Counted from the first letter of the whole stretch, positions 11,570-25,098 are shown. The stretch: DNA of 62,108 nt, filler included, from 14 parts of 14 records of this genome joined end to end with filler, not necessarily neighbours in it, one strand, 5' to 3'. Program-made: numbers and translations. The notes: a model not told the origin generated them from the letters alone.

Positions 11570-14500
11570 ATGGACTGTGCAGCGGTGCTGGCCCAGCTGA
11601 AGCGGCTGTTCACCGGGTGCGACAAGCGGCGATGCGGCCGGTTGGACCTGGCTGACCTCAGCCTGTGCGTGGCCGGCTGGTACCGCGAGCACGACCTCCG
11701 GAGCACCCCGGCCCAGGCCCGGAGCCAAGTGAGCCAGGCGCTCAAGCAGGCCGGCTACCCGCCCGACGCCGCGCTCGGGTTTGGTCAATTCCTGATGCTG
11801 TTCGGCCAACGGAAGGAGCGGCCGGGCAAGCTGCCGTTCAGGGTGCCTAAGCGGTGCAGCCGGCAGCTGCTGCACCAGGTACACGAGGCCGGCCGGGCGG
11901 CGGTGTTCGCGCCGCAGCAGGTGGAGGAGGTGGTGAGTGAGCTGACCCGGCTGATCGGGGACCGGGCGGCTATTCGGAGGCTGCAACGGCACTTCGAGCA
12001 GGCCGAGGTGTGGAAGGACACCTCGGCTGAGCTGCACGGGGCCTCGGCAGAAGATGTGCTCACGCTGGTCATGATTGTGCTGATGAAGGCTGAGGCCAAC
12101 CCGCTCTCGGCGGCGCTGGATAGGTTTGTGTCGGCAGTGATCGATGGGCTGGCTAAGCCGCGGCCGGTGCGCGTGGACTTGGTGACAGTGACAGGACCTC
12201 TGAAGGAGTTCATGGCGGTGATGCTCCGGGTGCTCCAGTCGCTCTGGCCGCAACTCCACAGGCACCAAGAGTCCACAATAGAGGCGGTTGAGACTGTTGT
12301 GCTCCTGCACCTGTACGAGCCTCTGCTCGCCTGCTTCCGAGCCGAGTGCGCCAATGACGAGAAGAAACTTGCTGGCCTGATGGCCCAGCAGCTCTCACGG
12401 GAGCAGCTCCAGTCCCTCGGGGTGCCCACGCCGCTCCTAGAGCGACCGGAGCTGCTCAGTGAGGCCGCTGAGCAGCTGGCGTTATTTGCCCACTTCCAGT
12501 CGCCGGTGCGGAAGGCCGGGTGCATAGGGGCAGCATGCCAGCATCTGGCAGTCGCAGTCGAGCAGGCCAGGCTGATGCGGTCGCTCGGTGCCGATGAGAT
12601 GCTGCCCTGTCTGGCGGCAGCCGCGGCCCAGTGCCGCGTGGACGACCTGGCGGCCCAGCTCCGGCTTGTTGAGTGGACCCTCCCAGAGCAAGTAGCCTCG
12701 GTGCGCAGCTGCCAGCCAGCCGCTGATAGTCTCTCAGGAGTCTCACGGATACTATGTGGCTCTGCTCTCGGCCGCCGTGCTTCAGCTCACCTCCAAGCTC
12801 GCCTCGCACAACAAGGTGCCTGCCTGCGCCTAGTCCAAGCATCACTCTGCGCCAGAACAAGGCCGGCGCCGCTCGGTCGCGCTTCCTGCAACGGCTCGGT
12901 GCGCCTCACCCGATCGCAAGCTTAGTCGTGCGCAGGTCCGCTCTCGCCACGGACTGAGGAGAGAGCAAACGAGTCTCGGGCAAACCAGTCGGCGGCTCGC
13001 TCCGAGGATGAGGAAGACGAGGAGGCTGAGGACGATCTGCCGCTGACCGAGCCAGCCGCGGGCGAGGCCCAGTCGACCCGACCGCGGAGCGCCAAGTGGG
13101 CTGTTGCCCTGCCGCTCAACTTGGCCAAGCCCGCAGCCGAGCCCGCAGACGCAGAAAGCGCGCCTCTGCATGGGCCTAGGAAGGTGCCTTCCAGGAATGT
13201 AATGACAGGCGTGCCCAATGCGCTCAGCCCGAGCTCAAAGCGGCGACGGCGCGAAGAAGAGCTGCAGCGAGTGATGGGGGAGCTGCATACCCGGCACCGC
13301 AGGCCAAACCGCTCGAGCCCGAACTTGCTCACGCCGCGCGCGGCTGCAGCTGCCAAATACGGGCAGCGCAAGCCGGCGGGTGCGGTAGCTCGCCCGGGTG
13401 ATGCTCCGACGGGTGCAAAGAGGGAGGCGAGTGGGTGCAAGACTTGCGGCTTCCTGCAGAAGTGCGACCTCGCTGACGCGTTTGCTGGCACCGGGGGATT
13501 CAAGCGAAAGTGGTGCGAGTTACATGGGGACAAACTGGAGCTATTTGGGGAGAGTAGGACACAGCTCGAGACTGTATATACAATCATCCGGCTGCTGGCG
13601 TCGCAGTCGGCCGTACTGACGCTGTTGACCAAAACAGGCGAGGTGGGCGCCTGCTCAGAGTGTGCATTGGCTGATCGGTGTGGGCAGGCCGCAACTGAGC
13701 AAATGGTGGCGCTGAAGGCGACCAGCGAGGAGGAGATGGGGCAGTGGCGGCAGTGGATCGAGGCAGGCTCACGCAAAGGAGCCGCCCCGGCCGACGCCAC
13801 ACGGTCTGAACAGCGGGTCGGCTCGCAGAACGCAAAGGCTAAGCAAGCGGCGGCTGTGCTTCTAGGAGCCCTTTACGGAGGGTGGCAACGGCGTCACCTT
13901 GCTGGCGCTCTAGACCCTGCTGTCAGCACAGAGGAAGCGATTTGGCGCGAGGAAGCCGCCGGGTGGGCAACTGTGCTCAATCAGGCGCTCGCATCTGTGC
14001 AAGCTTGCACAGGGATGGCAGAGCAGGCCATTGCGTCCAGCCAGTCTCCCACGCCGACACCAGGCAGCACCGACGCGGCTCAGGCCGAGGCGGTGCTGGC
14101 TGTGCGTCAGCGCGATCTGGCCGCGGTGGAGGCGCGGCTGGCTGAGTGTGAAGGGGAGAAGCAGCGCCTGGTGGACGAGATGGAGCAGTATCTAATCCAG
14201 CAGAGCGCCCAGGCCACAGCCACCAGTCTAGTACAGAGCGTTAACTATCAGCTCTTCGCGATACGGGCACTGGATCGGGCTCTGGTCAAATCTTGTGGAT
14301 CAAGCTCGCAGGCTAGACGGCTGGTTGCACAGTGGAGGGCTCGGTGTCTGCTATCGGGCCGGTCGGTCCAGGCCGTGCTCGAGCAGCGGGTTTGCGAGGC
14401 GGTGGAGCAGGGCGAGGAGGCCATGGAAGTGGCTGCTGCACAGATGAACCTACTAGCCGCGAGTGAGGAGCAGGTCGAACGGCTGGTGGAGTGCTGCTCT

Positions 14501-14707
14501 GCGATGGGTGAATGGCTGATCGAGCTCTGCGACAGCGAGAGTACCCAGATGATCGGAGCTGTCCCGGAGCATGTAGCGGAGTGCTTGGGATCGGCGGGTG
14601 TCGTGCTGCCGCCGCATGCAGAGACGTTAGAGTACAGATACTCTCAGATGCTGGCCACGCTTAGAGGGCTCGTTAGCCGACGCCCCCTTTTGCCTACAAG
14701 TACCTAA
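11570..14707 (+). CDS. VPS9-domain Rab5-family GEF with N-terminal EF-hand-like region, PH domain and C-terminal coiled coil
   Basis: VPS9 motif P..K..CI...LGADEMLP...ESHGYY. Three GT-AG introns (12701-12936) join it in frame to ORF 13121-14707, which has PH-like GFLQK...FKRKWCEL...LKATSEEEMGQWRQWI. Confidence 0.72.
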
Positions 14708-15088
14708 TAAAAAGTATATGTGCTTGATAGTCAGGACGAAGTGGCGGAGGAGGGCCTAGTGGTTTCGCGGCGGGCTTACTCACCATGTTTGTTCTTCGNN
14801 NNNNNNNNNNNNNNNNNNNNNNNNNNNNNNNNNNNNNNNNNNTTAATTAATTAANNNNNNNNNNNNNNNNNNNNNNNNNNNNNNNNNNNNNNNNNNNNGT
14901 TTGCGCAGTTGGGACCCATCAAATCTATCGAGTACCTGTCGAGTACACTATACTCGTACTGATGGAAGGCTTAAACTTACTACTCGTAATTATAAATTGA
15001 ATGCATGCCCAGTTCATTCAATTTAATGATGAACATTAGATCAACACCCCGTGGATGCACAACTTTCACAAGTACGTATCTACAAATT

Positions 15089-16972
15089 TTATGGCTGCTC
15101 TCTTTGGGCACCTCGAGCAAACAAAACTCTATGCACCCCTGTTGCTTCAATGAGCTGCTCGTCCACATGCTCTGCAATCGAGTCGTCGACGAAGACACAA
15201 CACTCGCCATTCTCCCCGCGCCAGCCGGGGCGTGCATCATCGCAAATGACTGCCGCTTTTGAGCAGCCTTTACTCACACTGTGGACTGAGATCTCGCCAA
15301 CCCCCTGCCAATCGGGTCACCTCAAATAACATAATTATGCTGCCTGATTTTCGAGGAAGCGCAGAATATCGTCGCGGCGACTGGATCGAGTCACTATCCG
15401 AGTCTCCCACGCAGATGTAGCTCGGCCTTCTAAGTGTAGCTCGAGCAGCTTCTCGTCGAGGTAGTGGTCGCCCTGAAGAGGAGAGCCTCCCCCTCGAGTG
15501 CTTGCAAAGGTTCTATCGAAGTCGTACCAGACACAAGACGGTTTCAAGCTGGCCACGAGCGCTGCCACGGTTTCGCCATCTCCAGTGTGGAGCCGGCATT
15601 TGGCACACGAGCAGCCGTCACACAGAAAGCAGCGAGACTGGTGAGGGCACCAAACCGACGATGGAGCCCATCTGGCGCACTTGGCTTTGAAAGGGCACCG
15701 GCCAGCTTCCCGTGCGTTGATTTCGCAGACGCGACACACGCCTAGCTGCAGCCACAGCGAGCTGTGCTCCTCGCCGCACTCGGAACAGCTCGTACGCTTC
15801 TCAGCGTGGCTGCTCACCCAGGCCGGCCAGCCGTGTACTGTGATCTCCTCACACATTGCTGGGATGTACCGCTCAGCTAGCTGCTGACCAGAGGCCACCA
15901 ACTCAGTCAATCCGAACCCTGCCGGAGTCATAACCGTCGTCAGTCCTGCGCTGTCCAGCTCGCCTGCTAGAAACACCCGGCGATCTGGGCTCTCTGCAAC
16001 ATCCACGATGACTTTAGCCCACTTGATAGCTTCAAGAAGCCCGTCTCGAATCCCACAGGTGGTCTGATGGTGCTTAGCCGCCGTGATCGCCACCGCCACC
16101 GGGCTCCCCTGTCGCCACAAGCGCTTCTCGTCAGGCCGCAGCTGCCGCCGGGAATTCCCAGCTGCCGATTCGACCAGCGGCATTGCACCGAGCCTGCTCA
16201 CACAGAGCTCGGCTCTCTCGAGAAGGAGCTCGAGCACCTTGATGTGCGCCTCGAGCTCCGCGGCGATCCGGACAGCTTTGCCGCCCCCTCTGGCCAGCAG
16301 AGAGCACTCGATCAGCCTGCCCTCTGGGCTCGAGGCCAAGTCTGACGGCAGTTGCCATCCAGCCTCGCAGGCTCCCGGCGGCTCCTCCTCAGCCGCGGTT
16401 GGCTCGATCACGTCGGTCTGGACCTCCAGTTTGGCCAGGAACTGCTCGCTCACCTTCAGCAGTGTGTGCGCCTTTGTCCCCTGGGCTCCACGCTCCAGCC
16501 GCAGAGGCCTAGGCTTGCGCGGATCGCGGGGGACGCAGCAGATCGCCTTGGCACTCCTGCGGGCGTCCAGCACCACCGCCAGCACCCCGGTGAGCCGGCT
16601 GAGCCCGTCACACAGCTCGCGGTGCCGCCCGCTCCGGATGAAGCCACGGTCCGTCACCTCCGGCTCCTGCTCCCGAAAGAATGTCGCCAACTGCCGCAGG
16701 TGCACCTGGGCCCTGAGCGCCCGCTCGTGCAGCAGCAGCGCCACCCGCTTGTAGCACACTAGCTCCCGCCGCACGGCGAACCCGGAGCGAACCGGCCCAA
16801 GTCTGGCTAGCAGCCGCTCGGCCGGCTGGAGCAACCCGAGGTCGCGCTCTACCAGCTCCCACCGGCCCGAGGCGAACTGGTGCAGCTCGGTGGTCCGGGC
16901 CTCCAGCACGCACGGCCCCGGCACCCGCTCAGCCGCCACCGCCCGGTACCGGACCTCGTCGAACCCCGCCAT
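15089..16972 (-). CDS. Protein with Cys-rich (CxxC) zinc-binding region and C-terminal HAD-superfamily domain
   Basis: HAD motifs YDFDRT, IVTR, SKAAVI, VFVDDS. The last exon is reached through GC-AG intron 15305-15343, which contains in-frame stops. Confidence 0.65.
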
Positions 16973-17059
16973 CTAACACACAGCTCGATGGCCGTTGTGG
17001 AGGTTTGTGACTGGAGATCAGAACTCAGGTCCTCAGCTAGGGCCCTAGCAGTTAAAACA

Positions 17060-17449
17060 ATGCCAATGCGAGTGCGTCCATCGGTGCTGCTGGCCGGCGT
17101 GCTGGCCCAGGCGGTGCTCGTGTCGGCCGGCCGGCAGGGGGCGGGCAAGCGCACCCGTGTTGAGATCCGAGACCTGTCGCAGGAGGCGTGGGGGCAAGTG
17201 GCGACCTGCATGTGGTTCATGAAGAACACAAGCACCCAGGCGGGCCGGGCCAGGTATGGCCCTGACTTCATGTCGTACGACTCGTTCATCATCAAGCATG
17301 CAGTGGCCTCCAACGATCTGCGCGGGGACCAGGGACACTTTGGTCCGCCGTTCATCACCTTTCACAGGCTGGTTGCAATGGCACACGAAGGTCGATCGCG
17401 TTCAATGCACATGTACGATTCCCACACCACAGGTTTCTTACGCCCCTGA
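17060..17449 (+). pseudogene. Tyrosinase-like N-terminal fragment (signal peptide and CuA region), apparently truncated
   Basis: Signal peptide, RVEIRDLS, YDSFIIKH, GHFGPPFITFHR (CuA histidines). No CuB-encoding sequence was found before the next gene. Confidence 0.6.
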
Positions 17450-17991
17450 GCTGCTCTGTAGCCCCTGCGCATGATCATTGGTTGTGTTGCGTAGCCCGGA
17501 GGCCGCCCTTCCTTTGTCGTTTCAAATACCGCAAAAGCATGGTGGGAATCGGTTCCACATATCCAAACCCGGTGCGCATGCACGCAACACTGGGTTGACG
17601 AACGCTCCGAATCGCGAGCTTTAGCGGCGGTCGTATGGTCATCACTCTGCGCAGGTATCACACTTCTTATGCCATTGTACACGTGTTAACTGTTAATTAA
17701 GATCGTATAATCATGCCGGAGTTCTACCGTTCTACTTACAAATAAACCAGATTCTACTCGTAGATGACGGTGCATGCACTCGAGGCAGTGGTTAGCCTGC
17801 CGGGTACCTGCCGGGGATCCGCCGGCGTATCAAATTACGAGTACGTACAGCTAGCTATAGGTTGCTGTCTGTCGACGTCGCGGACTCGGGGCGGCTTGTG
17901 GATCATTTTCTAACGACAACATGGAGAGGGCGTCCCTCGGGTCGGGGTCGTCGACGTCAGTCGCGTGCACGACCAATCCCGGTGAGACGAG

Positions 17992-18249
17992 ATGGGTCGC
18001 AAGAAGGCCGACAAGGAGAAGAGCACCAAGGGCAAGCACGCCAAGCACGAGCCGGCCGATGACCAGACCAAAGACTACGAGGGAGCCGCGGCAGAGGCGG
18101 CGCGTCGCAAGGCCGCAGCGATGGCCGAAGTGCCGCCCAACCCGCTCCTCGCGCACAATGGGAGCAAGGCCGAGCTCTGGCTGATGAACGGCGGTTACAG
18201 CGCGCTCAAGCCGGCGCTTGCGTTGCCGGAGAAGACGCTGGTCCTGTTT
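17992..18249 (+). CDS. Hypothetical protein, 3'-partial
   Basis: ATG-initiated, Lys-rich ORF running into the contig end. Confidence 0.55.
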
Positions 18250-18720
18250 NNNNNNNNNNNNNNNNNNNNNNNNNNNNNNNNNNNNNNNNNNNNTTAATTA
18301 ATTAANNNNNNNNNNNNNNNNNNNNNNNNNNNNNNNNNNNNNNNNNNNNTATTCGTGATCGATATGAAATGAGATTTAAGTAGTACGTACATGATGTCTA
18401 TCGAGACATCGTTCTTAATGTTCAGAGCGTCCAAAGCTCGCCGTTAATACGAGGGTGCCGGGGTGATACTCTGAGATTCTACTTGGAAGTATCTTATATA
18501 CCTATTTCGACCTCGCTGAATCGATTTATGATACTCCCGAGGACTCCCGGAGCTTTTTTAAACCCGATATTTGAATTTGAATTCGAAAAATCATCAGTTT
18601 CAGCGGGCCTCTGAAATGAAATCGTGAAATCTGAAACACTGATAGGTCTGCTGACATGATTTTTAAACGAAGCTCATCAGGACTTCGCAGCAGCAGCGCG
18701 GGCAAGGCAAGCTTCGCGGC

Positions 18721-21700
18721 ATGGTTGATGAGCGGGCAGAGCTGCTGCGGCGGCTCCAGGCCGGGGAGGAGGGTGCCTACAGCGCAACGATGCAGTACCT
18801 ATGGCCACGGGAGCACTGGTGGTGCAAGCACGGCCAGCTGATGCAGCTGTGCGCCTACGTACTCCAGTTCCACAACAATACAGTCGAGCCCTTCCGCGCC
18901 CGGATGGGCAGCCAGCTCGACAGCTGCCCGCGCTGCGTGGCAGCATACCACGCGGCAAAGCCCGAGGTGCGTCAGCGGTTCACCGCCCGATATTCCCCCG
19001 AATCAGTCAGTAAATTCTTCGGCAAGCTCCGAGCGCTCGACTGCGGGAGGCTGGCAGCCGGCCTGGCCAGGGAAGGTCAGCCGGCGCTTAACGCGCTGCA
19101 CGAGGTGCTCCACTACCAATCGACTCTCGAGAGTGCAGTCTTGTGCACAGCAGTTGCGCGGCTGGTGCGCCGATTCGGTCATGGGTTGCCGGCGCCCGAT
19201 TGGTCGAGCGAGGAATGGGGCCGGTCGCGGTGCGCAGGGATGTACCGGCTGCTGCTGCACAGCGACACCCAGCTCCGCAGCTGGAGCCACGCGGTGGTCC
19301 AAGCCTGGGGGCCGATCCAGAGCCCGGAGCAGCTGGTGAGCATTCTCCCTGTGGCCGAGAGGTGCCTCCAGGTGCTCGAACAGGACGACTTCCGATCCAA
19401 TGCCGCCGGCCCCGAGCCGACCGACCCTGAGATTCGGTTCCAGCACACCCGCACCGGGTTCTGGAACGGGTTGTGCGCAATGCTAGAGTCCGTGGAGGCA
19501 GTGGCATTTGGGCAGCTCGTGAGCAGCTTCCCGACAATGCTCGACACCGTGACGCTGCAGCTTAGCGCCGGTGTTGTGCTCTGGCAGACAATCAGGTGTC
19601 TGGCAATCTTCATTGAGCGACTTGGCGAGGACTTCTGGGAGCTGTGCTCGCTTAGTCCGGAGTTCCTCATAGACAGCGTGGTGGCTGTCTGCTTGCAAGA
19701 CAGGCCACTGGAGCTACTCCACCGGCACGCGATCAAGCTCATGGAGGCCGCCGCCGGCTCACTGACCACTGCAGCGCACGCTGCCAACCTCGGCTCGATC
19801 GGCAGTTTTCTGCTCGGTGCTTTGGTGCTTTCAAGGTCGACTAGCGGCACGATTCGCTCAGTGGCCCGGATTAAGGGGCTTGGGGTGGTGGCCCAGTGCG
19901 CTGAGTACGATATTGCGCTCCCGGGGACTGCGACTGCCTGTTCTGCTGCTCTTCGCCAGGCCCTCTCGCTGACTGGCAGCACAGATGCGCTCAGAGCGCA
20001 GGGGCTCGAATGCCTCAGTGCACTGCTTTGGCATGACGTTCGGTTGGCTGAGCAACTTATGCAGCCGAATTGCGCCGCTACTCAGCGGCAATCGGCGAGC
20101 GATCGGTACTGGGAGCTTGCAGCGACCGGCTGCAGCTGCAACCCGGCTGTGTTAGAGCTGGTGCTCGAGTGCCACATGTCTCTGGGCTTTGGGGACGGTG
20201 CATATGACAGCCAGATGCCGAGCGCTGGGCGGCGGCTTCTGGCTAAGCTCCGCAAGGGCCTGTGCGACTGCCTCGCCCAGGCTTCATTGCTATCGCTTTC
20301 CAGCGAAAGCTCCGCCAGGGGTTTGATGTTTCTGCTGCTCTGCCCTGACGCCCTGGTGAGGACTGCAGTGGAGGCAGCGTTGAAGAGGTTGGCCACCACA
20401 CAGAACCGGCGCCAAGCTCTCTTGTATACAATTAGGAAGTACCCTTCAGCCACAGTGCGCGCCTGGGAGAGTGGAATTGCTGGCATTCTGCAGGTGAAGC
20501 CTCGTAACTGCTTTGGGTGCTGGTCAGCTGTGTCTCAGCTCTCCCACATGCTTCCAAGGCTTGCCTCCGAAGAAGTCAGCCTGGAGGCCGTGGCATGTCG
20601 CAAGCTAAACCACGGACTTTGGGCGATACTCCGCAGAATTCTACAGGCGGCTCCGAAGTTTGCCCAAAATGCGGCGTTCGAGGCAACAATGTGCCAGTTT
20701 CTCGACGCGTTCCTTTCCTTTTGGCGGGAGTATGCCTCACATGGAAAAGACGAGATTAAAAGTGATGCCAGGACCGAGCTGCTTATCATGCTCCTCTACC
20801 TTGGACCGGCTTGCACTGGAGAATCGCTGCGTCGAAGGTGGATGCACCTCGCACTGAAGCTATCGTCCGACTTGAACGCTGCCCAAATTTTAGCTCCGAC
20901 CCAATCGCTAGTCGAAGCGACACGAGCATGCTTTTGCGCAATGCATGGCGCACTCACGCAGTCTCAGCGGGAGCAGTTGCGCGAGGCATTGCCATGGGTG
21001 CTCAAGAGTGGTAACGTTTCTCAAGGAAGCACAGAGCAGTGGCCTTCTAGAGGCCCAACCAATGCTCAGGCTGCCAAGATCCCTGCCGCCAAGCCGCGTG
21101 CGCAGACCTCGGGAACACAAGCTGCCCCGACCAGAATGATAGGTGCAAACCGAAGTCAGGCTCCGAGCTACAAGCCTGCACTTAAAGATCCAGTGAATTC
21201 GCATAACTGGTCAGCCTACTTGGGCCCTGACAACCCGGAGGAGTTCGATGCGCGGATGTATGCAGCACCTGGAGCAAACGATACCAAGAGGCCGAGGAGA
21301 AAGGTGCAAATGATGGATGGTTCGGCGGCAAAGTTGTCAGCTAAGGCCGTTGCAAGAAGGACATTGCAGGCAGTGGCAACCCAGGAGAGTGTAGAGAAAG
21401 CCGCATTGAAGGAGATGCAGCGTGAGGTGCTTTCATGGGACATGGAAAAGATTCTTGACCCAGCTGACGTCATGAGCCTCCAGCCAATTCTTCGCGCCCC
21501 GAAGACCATACATGAATATCAAGCTAAACTTAAGCCGATGCTTCTGGATGAGGTTCGCACCCAAGTTAAGCAAGCAATTGAGCTGAAGCCTGAGGGGCTG
21601 AGCGCCAAGCTCGTGTCAGTAGAACGATCTTCAGAGTTTCACACTATGCGACTTTCCCTCACAGGCTCAGGGATTGACATGCGCGAAAATGTAAATTTGC

Positions 21701-24149
21701 CACTGATGCGGTCCTTTAACTTTTGTTTGGTAGGATCTCGTGTTGGTGTCAAAGCTACAATTGGCTGAGCTCTGCGATGAATCTCGGCCATTAAGCTCTC
21801 GACAACTTTACGCGCTGGGTCGCTTTGACAAGATCATCCGAGCCCCAAAGCGTAAGGAAACAGCTTCCTTGCCGGTATTCCTGCCAATGGTGCCTGCTCA
21901 GTCATGACCATGGTTGGCCCTGTCAGGAAGCAAGCGTCGTCATATACATGGGTCAGGCTGCTAGGTCGGGCATTCTCAAGAAGAGCATGTCCATTGGATC
22001 TTCGTGGTTCTTATCGAGGCTAGATAGCCTGACGACCGCGTTCCGCCAATGCACCGCTCTTGCAGCACTGCCGTACTTTGACAAGTCTCTGCAAAGCACC
22101 GTGCTGAATCCAACTTACTTATCAACTAGCAGAGGAGACACTGTGTCCAAAATCTGTGAGAGCGACTACAATCCAAGCCAACTTCGGGCCATTCAGGAGG
22201 CCAGTGCGCTGCAGAAGGGCTTTTGCCTCCTCCAAGGGCCGCCTGGCACTGGCAAGACACACACAATTGTTGGACTTCTTAGCCAGCTTAGCTCATCATC
22301 TCTCGGGTGCAAGAGACGTATCCTACTTTGTGCCCCTTCGAACGCTGCCGTTGATGAGATTGCTGTTCGGCTGATCGCCGGTACTCGGGCGAAGGATGGC
22401 AGTCTTTGTCGTCTCAAAGTTGTGCGAATTGGCAACCCGGAATCAATTCATCCAGACGTGCGTGGCATTCACATTGACACTGTTGCCGGGCAGTCTGGGA
22501 CGGAACAAGTAGATGCCAAAGAGATCGAGCAACAGACCTTACAATCTGAGCTCCAAGAGGTCACGCTGTGTTGTTGACCGCCCTCTAACGCTAGCTGTCA
22601 GGTGCGTACAGAGCTGGAAAAGGTTGGGGCGACTATTGGCAAAGTCCACCGAGCACGGGCAGAGTTGTCTGATGGCATGGATGATTACGAATCAATGACT
22701 ATCGAACTGACCCAAATGCATGAAAAAAAGAGCAAACTGAGCCGGCAACTGGGATCCCTCTTGGGCAAGACGCGAGGAATGCGCAAGGAGGTCGCCCTAT
22801 CCAGTTTCACTTGATGTGCTGACTCGACGCTATTTACAGGTGTCCGGTATACGCGAACAAGCCAAGATAAGAGCGTTGGAGTCTGCTGATGTAGTCTGTG
22901 CCACGCTCACTGGAAGCGGAGTGCCATACTTGCGCCAGGTGAAAGCTGGGTTCGATACAGTGGTAGTAGACGAGGCAGCACAAGCAGTCGAGCTTGCCAC
23001 GCTGATTCCGCTGCGGAATGTGTGCAAGTGTTGCATCATGGTGGGTGACCCGAAGCAGCTCCCGGCCACAGTCCTATCTCAGCATGCTAAGCGCGCAGGG
23101 TACGATAGGTCCATGTTCGAGCGAATGCAGCAATGCGGCCATCCGCTCCACATGCTTGATGTCCAATACCGTATGCACCCAGACATATGTTCATTCCCAT
23201 CTAGGCACTTCTATGGCGCGAAACTGACTTCCAGTGAGACAGTCTTCCAGCGAACCAACCCGCGAGCTCGAGGTAGAGAGGGGTTCCTGGAGGCTGTGAG
23301 GTTCTGTGACACGCATGGTCAATGTCCAGCCCAGCAGACCTCTAACAAATCTTGGAAGAACCCCGGCGAGGCGCGGCTTGTGGCTGAATTGATAAAGGCC
23401 GTCGCAACCATGTGTGTTGGAATCAGCCATCAGTCAATTGGTGTCATAACGCCATATGCCAGCCAGGCACGTGAGATTCGCGGTTGTCTAGCTCGCAGTA
23501 CATCAGGGCTTCCATTCTCGGGTTCGGATATCGAAGTGAATACTGTGGATGGATTTCAGGGTCGGGAGAAAGAGATCATCATTTTATCTTGTGTTAGATC
23601 CGGGGGGCGCGTTGGCTTTGTCGCAGGTTATCCCAAGCCTAGTTGCTTCTCACTCATCCTCGTGCTTTTGCAGATACGCGTCGGATGAATGTCGCAATTA
23701 CCAGAGCAAAGTACGCTCTTGTCGTCCTAGGAGACGGCAGTACTTTATCCCAGAGTCCAGATTGGGCAGCCCTGGTTGCCGATGCTAAAAAGAGAGGGTT
23801 CTACCACCAGATTGATCCCAAAGCTGCGGCCAAGGTTGTCAAATTCAGCAATCCAAAACTTAAACCTGAAAAGAGGCCTGGTCATGATAAGGAATCCAAG
23901 AGACCCAAAGCAGTAGCCAGACAACCGTCGGTTAGCGAACCGCCAAAGAGCGGCTCTCGTAAATCGCACGAAACTCCTCGAAGCAATCTGCAGCGTGAAC
24001 AAACTGTGCACCCGATGAAAGCTTCTAACCTGCAGCAAACAAAAGCCAAACCTAAAGCCGAAAAGCCTAATTATAAAAGGCTGCTTCACGAAGCAAGTGC
24101 AACCCCAAAAGAGAAAAAGCGCAGGACCATTGTGATTCTCGATGATTGA
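18721..24149 (+). CDS. SETX: Senataxin/SEN1 SF1 RNA-DNA helicase, 5 introns
   Basis: SEN1_N motif HWWC...CPRCVAAYH. Helicase motifs LLQGPPGTGKT, CAPSNAAVDE, VDEAAQ, VGDPKQL, QYRMHP, ITPY, VNTVDGFQGREK, RRMNVAITRAK. Confidence 0.93.
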
Positions 24150-24380
24150 TCAACACGAGATGTAAAGCTTAATAATGTTAATAGCCTAGCTACCATACTA
24201 TACGAAGCTAGTCTACTATAAGAGTATCACAACTGAATATCATGCTACTGGTGTAGTCGGAGTCCTCGAGCTCCGGCCGGNNNNNNNNNNNNNNNNNNNN
24301 NNNNNNNNNNNNNNNNNNNNNNNNTTAATTAATTAANNNNNNNNNNNNNNNNNNNNNNNNNNNNNNNNNNNNNNNNNNNN

Positions 24381-24937
24381 GACACCGGCATGCCGCTGTT
24401 TGGATTCAGAAGCCGGCGAGCTGACATTGGCATGCCGCTGTTTGGATTCGGGCAGCCAGCCCAGCACTTCGGCGGCCCGCTCTAAATCCAGAGCAGACAC
24501 TTGAGCCGACACCTCGGCCGCTGTTCGGGCTCGGGCCTCGGGCGCGCTCCCCGTCTGGGCCGTCTGGACCTCGGGCGATGCAGTGACGTTTGTTGGCGAC
24601 GCTTGGGCCTGCCAGGCAGCTCAGCCAGCCGTCGCCAGTGTGAGATCACCTCTGGGCTGGACTGGCGAGCGCAGCGCTTGGTCACCTCGTTCAGGAATGC
24701 TATCTCGGGCAGCCCTTTGCAGGCCGCCCGGAGCGCCTGCACGAACTCCTGCCGGCGCACCGCACCGCCGCCCGCTCTGAGCAGCGCGCGGAACGGCTCC
24801 TTGAACTTGAGGGCCGCCGGGCCGCCGACCAGCCTGCGGGCCTCTTCGAGCTGCTCGAGCTGGGTCGCGCTGAGCGCGCCGGTGCCGCCGCAGTCGAGCG
24901 CCGCGAACAGCTTCTTCATCGGTCGGTCGGTCGACAT
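24381..24937 (-). CDS. EF-hand-like protein, 3'-partial
   Basis: LFAALDCGGTGALSATQL is EF-like. A 42-nt-period repeat lies at 24387-24449 near the contig edge. Confidence 0.5.
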
Positions 24938-25098
24938 CCCTAGGCCTCACGCTCCCTCCTGGCGCTCAAAGAGCACTGCCAACGGCGGCACCCGACGCAT
25001 CCTCCTCCAGACGTCCAACAGCCCCCTGTCGGGTCCAACTGGATCAACGGCAGCTGGGATAAAACTGAATCCCCAAGCCGTAAGCCCCGGGGTGCAGC

